Shown here in pieces: positions 56,789-64,000 of a DNA stretch of 64,000 bases (positions within the stretch are counted from its first letter, which is position 1; each line of letters opens with the position of its first letter). The stretch is from the human T2T-CHM13v2.0 reference genome, Homo sapiens. The position numbers and the translations under genes were made by a program. The notes below the pieces were generated by a model. The model saw only the letters and a program-made list of their open reading frames with translations, was not told the origin of the DNA and searched no databases. The stretch is taken from assembly GCF_009914755.1 (NCBI RefSeq), contig NC_060930.1. One strand, 5' to 3'.

Positions 56789-58186
56789 TCAAGAAACTAA
56801 TTTTACAGCTACAGGAATGACTTTGTAGTTTTAATTTATTTGATATTATTAACTGCTGGCATATTTTTTTCCATTCAAAATTTTTAATGACTATCAGAGA
56901 CCTCTAGTATATTACAATCCCTTTGTCAGTCATTTGCATGCTGCCAGTTTCCCTTCCTGGTTTGGTGCACTAAGGGGTTTCTGAGCTCAGACAATAAAGA
57001 TGCTGACACAGCCAAGGAACTGCAGCCTGAAAACAAAGAGTTCCAGAGGCGCGTGTGAATCTGACTAGATGTGTCCTAAAGCCTCTCATTAAACAGCTAC
57101 TCCCCATCAAAGACACTACACTCTAGGCAAGGCAAAGAGCACTCCTTCCACCTGCCATTCTTGTCCTCTAAGCAAAGTGAGTCCTTGAAGAATCTAATAG
57201 TTTCACAGAATCATTTTGTGGTCCAACCATAGAGTATGCACTGCATATGTCAAAATCCTTTTATTTTTTAAATTAACAAATAATAGGATTTCTATCTCCT
57301 TATACCCACTCAAAAAATAAAAGCATATAAAGGATACTTTGGTTCTTCCATGTCCCCCAAAAGCAAAAAAGAAAATAACTTTGAGAGAACACAAATTTAA
57401 AAGAAAATTGCACAAGTCTGAACATTTCTAAATATATTCAAAGACACATATCTAACTTTGAAATATGTACCTAGAGGCAAATAATTTAATAGCAAATCCA
57501 TAGAATGAACTGCTAAGAAATGCCACATGATTAAGCCATGTTTTGGGGTAATATGGGTAAGGACATTAAACAACTTTGAGAATGAATTATTAAAATACAC
57601 CTTTTAATGTACCTTATTTAAAACTTATTTAAAATTAGTTTCCAGCATCTCTTAATACTACTTTATTTTTTGTATGTCTCTCCATGTGTATCAGCCACTA
57701 AACCCCAGTAAGACCCACTGTGTAATGATGCTTAATCTTCTTCCTTTTTAAACTCTAATGTGTATCAGCTTTCAGATATTTATGAGCTCAGATCTTTTGG
57801 CCAGAATTTGGTTAAGTAAAAAGCAAGCTGATCAGGCCATAGATAAAGGCATTTGGTGCCAGGGTAATTATAAATACAAGCAAGTATTATATTTGCCCCC
57901 AGCTCTTGCCCATAAGGTGGCTGAAAATGCATCCTTGATTTTCCCTTATTCTGTCAATATAGGAATTACTACCTTGAATACTACTAAACATATCTTTAAG
58001 TAATAAAAGGTAGCATTTGCTGAGCACTTATTATATGCCAGGAATTGTTTTGAGTACTTTTCATGTATTAAAGTCATCAGATCCTTCAATAACAACATAA
58101 AGTGGATAGTATAATTAAATCTCCCTTTTATGGATGAGACTGAGATTAAACAAAAAAAAGTGTAGTGAAACTGCACAGACAACTCA

Positions 58187-58630
58187 TGTGGTGGTTTTAA
58201 AACATGTCCATACATGGAAACTTCTCCCTTCAAGAGCTAATTCCAATCACTGTGCATGTAGGGACACTAATTAATGGAATATAACTAAAGTAACTGTGTT
58301 AGAGTTCTGAGACTAGGTCATAAAAAGCAATGTGGTTTCTTTCTTGATTTCTACATCACTTACCCTGGGGGAAGCCAGTTGCCATGTCTTGAAGACACTT
58401 AAACAGCACTGTGGAGAGGCCCACGTGGCAAGGGAGGCCCTCCTGCCCTCTGCCAGTGAGTGAGCCATCTTGGAAGCAGATCTTCCAGCCCCAGTCAAGC
58501 CTTCAGAGGACAGCAGCCCTGGGCAACATCTGAACTTTAACCTTACTCTCACTTAAGCCACTCCCAAATTCGTGGCCCACAGAGTTATTAAACGCTTACT
58601 GATTTAGCTGCCAAGTGGGGGGCAAATTGT
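58187..58630 (+). mobile_element. MLT1F-like MaLR LTR
   Basis: tgtggtggttttaaaacatgtcc start; ggagaggcccacgtggcaaggga...gagccatcttggaagcagatcttccagccccagtcaagccttcag. Confidence 0.7.
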
Positions 58631-58736
58631 TATACGGCTAGAAATAACTAACCCAGCTAACAAGTGACTGAGCCAGGATCAAACCCAAGCAGTCCAGTAC
58701 TGAAAGCTGCTACTGGTCAGATAAATGCACACCATG

Positions 58737-58773
58737 TTATGTTGGTGCAAAAGTAATTGTGGTTTTTATCATT
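58737..58773. mobile_element. Half MADE1 (Hsmar1-derived MITE) terminal inverted repeat
   Basis: ttatgttggtgcaaaagtaattgtggtttttatcatt matches one MADE1 arm. Confidence 0.8.
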
Positions 58774-59313
58774 GATAATAGGAATTTAACCAAGCTATAA
58801 TTTTACTAAACACCACAAATGTTTTCAAATTCCAACTACACAAATTAAACAGCATAGTAGAGTGGTTCTCAGCCCTTCTCAACATTAAAATCATTTGTAC
58901 AACTTTTTACAGATGCCCGGGTTTCATCCTCAAAGAGTGAACAGGCCTAGGGTTGGGTCCTAGCATCTTAACCCCAGGTTAGGAACCTATTAAAAAAAAA
59001 AAATAAGCTTGACTTCTCACAACTGTGCTCAAATTTCCTTCTGACAACTAAGATAAAGATTATTCGGTTCTACTCACTTGATACTTCAAGTCAAAAAAGA
59101 AGAACTTACATCACAATCACTTTTTACCAAATAATTATATATAGAAACTTGATTTATGAATCTGAATACAGCTTTTGCTTTCACTACACATTAGTGGTTA
59201 TTTAGTGCACCTTATAGCTGAGTATCCAAAACCCCAAAAGCAATTTCTATTAGTTAACCAATCTTCTGCCTCATCATGGCACAGATGTCAACTTTAAACA
59301 AGACTCCAGAAAT

Positions 59314-59588
59314 GTTTTTTTTTTTGAGACAGAGTTTTGCTCTTGTTGTCTAGACTGGAGTGCAATGGTGAAATCTCAACTTAATGCAACCTCCACCTCC
59401 CGGGCTCAAGCAATTCTCCTGTTTCAGCCTCCTGAGTAGCTGGGATTACAGGTATGCGCCACCACGCCCGGCTAATTTTTTGTATTTTTAGTAGAAACAG
59501 GGTTTCTCCATGTTGGTCAGGCTGGTCTCGAACTCCGGACCTCAGGTGATCCACCCGCCTTGGCCTCCCAAAGTGCTGGCGTGCCCGA
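59314..59588 (-). mobile_element. AluSp-like element with a deletion near its 5' end
   Basis: TSD acaagactc(c/t)agaaat. Confidence 0.92.
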
Positions 59589-60132
59589 CAAGACTCTAGA
59601 AATTTTAAAACAGTTTCACATAACTTGAAAGTGAGAAGGGGCTTTAGAAATCATCTCAGAATGGCCTACTTGCCTTCGCCCAGGCCCAACAAAAATTTAC
59701 AAAGCAGAAGTGGGCTTCAAAAGCAGCTCCTCCAGAGTCCAGCCCCAGTGTTGCTATCTGGAAATTGGGAATGGCTGCCCGCACTCACAATTCGTACTGC
59801 ATCCCTTGATATTATCTGTGCACTTCTGCCTCCCTTTCTTAACTATATACTTCTTTAAAGACAAGAATGCTATCATAACTCTTTTGTAGTCCCCTTCTTT
59901 CACTATCACAGTTTCACTTAAGAGTCACCCAATAACTGTTTGCTTAACAGAACAATGTAAAATACCTGCGCAACTACTTTCCCTTCATCTCTTTACCTCT
60001 ACACATATTTTTGGATTTTGAAATGTGAGATATTTTTGCTTGATTAGTTTATTGCTCTCATTCAATAAGAACTTATTTTAACAACCACTTTGTACTATAC
60101 CATAGGTAAAACAAATTTACGAGAACACCACC

Positions 60133-60434
<302 letters not shown>

Positions 60435-60675
60435 CGAGAACATTACCTTTATAGAAAGCATTTTCTCCTTGTTTACCTCAGGGATTTGCCATACATGACC
60501 ATGTGTTCTAGTTTTCTCCTTACATATTTCAGGCAGGTCCACATAAGCATTAATTCATGCCTTCTCTTCCTGATCACTTACCTAATAAGTCAAAGCGCTG
60601 CTTCTTTATGCCTGGATCAAGTCCAACATGTCCTAGCTTTTCACTATGATTAATTAATTTAAAAATATAGGGATG

Positions 60676-61058
<383 letters not shown>

Positions 61059-61384
61059 CTAGCAAATTACCATTTGTCTTGAGGAATGCTGGTCCAATCC
61101 CACAAGGAACTCTAGTCCTACATCACTTCCAGTTTTCACTTTGAAAATGTACTTAGACTAAGTACACAATGACCTAAGGTTTGAAAATATTTCTGTTCTC
61201 CAGTTTGGAGAGCTCCCTCTAATGAAACTACATACTATAAATATACAGATTAATATGCAATAGTCTAACCTATCAGTAGTGATAGTCCAATAATTAAGTA
61301 TAGTATTAAGTCTGCAGTCAAAATTCATCTACCTGTTCCTGAGCACCCTTCCTCACAGTCAAAACCTTTTCCCAAAGTGCACAT

Positions 61385-61419
<35 letters not shown>
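61385..61419. repeat. (CA)n microsatellite
   Basis: AC run of about 16 units. Confidence 0.95.
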
Positions 61420-61420
<1 letters not shown>

Positions 61421-61803
61421 CCTCAGATGCCTCTGGAAGAGACATCAACCCTGGTCTGACCACTTCTGCCTAGACAAGGGCCTCTGTGAACCTCTCTTCC
61501 CAGTTTTTCTATGCTCCCCAGTGGCTGAACTGAAAAATGCAAGTCACCAACAAGCAAAGCAACAAGCACAATCTCCAAAACGTTTTCTCTTCAAACCACT
61601 GTAAGGGCAAATACCATATACTATTCTGCTTGGCTTGTAGCCTTTTCTTTCACTTTCTTTGGTCACTTTCAATATTCTGCAATTTCTGGAGCCCCACGAC
61701 ATGCTGCTTGATTTTCTACACTCCCTTTGCACTAGTAGCCTGGGATCCCCTGGCTGCAGGTGCGGTATGTTTACTCATCTAGCTCCCTAACTTTACTCAT
61801 CTA

Positions 61804-62484
<681 letters not shown>

Positions 62485-63720
62485 CTATTGTTTTATACAA
62501 AGTCCACCATGTTTGTGAAAGTCACCATGACAAACACCCATTTTCAATGATATTTTCAAAAGCAAAGCCTTGACCTTCTTTACTAGTTTCTGCAGATATC
62601 ATTTGCCCCCAATTTTATGTTTTGAGATATTTTGAATTTCATAACAAATACTGAAATGCAGTAACAGAACTTGCAAGTGTTATCAAATTACTATTCTAGA
62701 ATCATAAGAAGTCACTCAAGGAAGAAGTCAGGTAGAAACTAGAACTGCCAATGAAGAGAATGAATTCCAATCAACCATAGTAGAAATAATGCACGAAACA
62801 TATGCATGCCAGGATATCATAAAGGAGAAGACTGTAAAATAAACGTACAGTGCAGAGGTGAGATATGCAAGAGATTTCTGGTCTGTCTTGAGGCAGAGGT
62901 GATGAGAGGCAGCAAAAAGCAATCTGTGCTTAGAGAACAGAGATGTTAAGATGAATGGTGAAGTATGAGTTATGAGATATAACAGAGATCTTGAGGTACT
63001 GCCAGACAGACTCAAGTTAAAGCAATTACTAGCATCTGGAAGAAGTCTCCAAAGATTTTACTCAGACTTCAGTTATTGGTCCCTGACAACTATCAGGAAT
63101 GGAGCTATGACAGCCTTTTATTCAACTTTCCTAAGCAGGAAAACAAAGGCATCTCTACCACCCAAAAACTCAAAAATTTTAAACATTCTAAAAACACCTA
63201 AGTAACATTTCCTCTAAGGACTTAGCAAATTTGGTTTTGGGTTCATTGTGTTTACTTGAACTATATGTGGGCAAAGAGAATCTGAGCAAAAGGATTTGTC
63301 CTACTTAGCTAGTCACACGCACAAGTTAGTATTCTTACACTACAGCCTCATGGGACCAAAACCCAATCCATCCACTCTAACTGTGAAAGTTGAGCCTTAT
63401 CTCTCAAAGATTGATTAATTGAAGCATGGATTCACATTTTGTAGAAAGCTTACATGCCTGAGACTTCAAGTCAAAGTCAATTTGCTTAATACAATTTCTA
63501 TGATACAGTATACAAAGCATGTTCTTATAAAACAAGAACACATGAGAACACATGAGTATAATGTCTCCCATGTCCATGACATTTCCACATCATGAATGTG
63601 ACCACTGTTCACTGACAATGCATTCTTTCAACAAGTAGTTTCTGAGCACCTACTGCATGCCAAGTACTAACCAGGCTAGATGCCGAGATACAAAGATGGG
63701 TAAAAGAAATCTGGCTTTGA

Positions 63721-64000
<280 letters not shown>

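Noticed and set aside
58737-58773. Possible miR-548-family hairpin
   Set aside because: Only one MADE1 arm is present, so no hairpin can form.

Overview
Human (primate) genomic DNA, AT-rich and repeat-dense; a consensus AluYa5 and an SVA point to human. The window lies inside the 5' part of DST (dystonin/BPAG1), transcribed on the minus strand. Exons read directly from sequence, in transcript order: (1) a candidate alternative first coding exon at 39550-39619 (MMGQLMKNDQDWNAKLVGLMCCM, phase-1 donor); (2) the common CH1 exon at 32516-32577 ([21 protein letters not shown]); (3) the CH1 exon at 1563-1652 ([30 protein letters not shown]); (4) an alternative exon with its acceptor at 1027/1028 and two in-frame donors (36 nt or 99 nt), plus a possible third, stop-containing donor. 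The rest is intron: more than 20 Alus, several solo LTRs (MER39, LTR8, MER11, MER4A, MER41A, LTR33, MLT1), hAT MITEs, L1/L2/MIR fossils and a tailless U6 retrocopy. Highlights: a five-layer nested transposon stack with all four inner target-site duplications (TSDs) readable (L1>Alu>LTR8>MER1B>AluY); a gene-sense SVA inside a gene-sense MER11 LTR; an intact AluYa5 with source-element-like features; and plectin-paralogous isoform switches in the actin-binding domain. None of the supplied ORFs corresponds to a real protein. I found no convincing new biological system. Repeat subfamily names come from recall of consensus sequences, not from a search.
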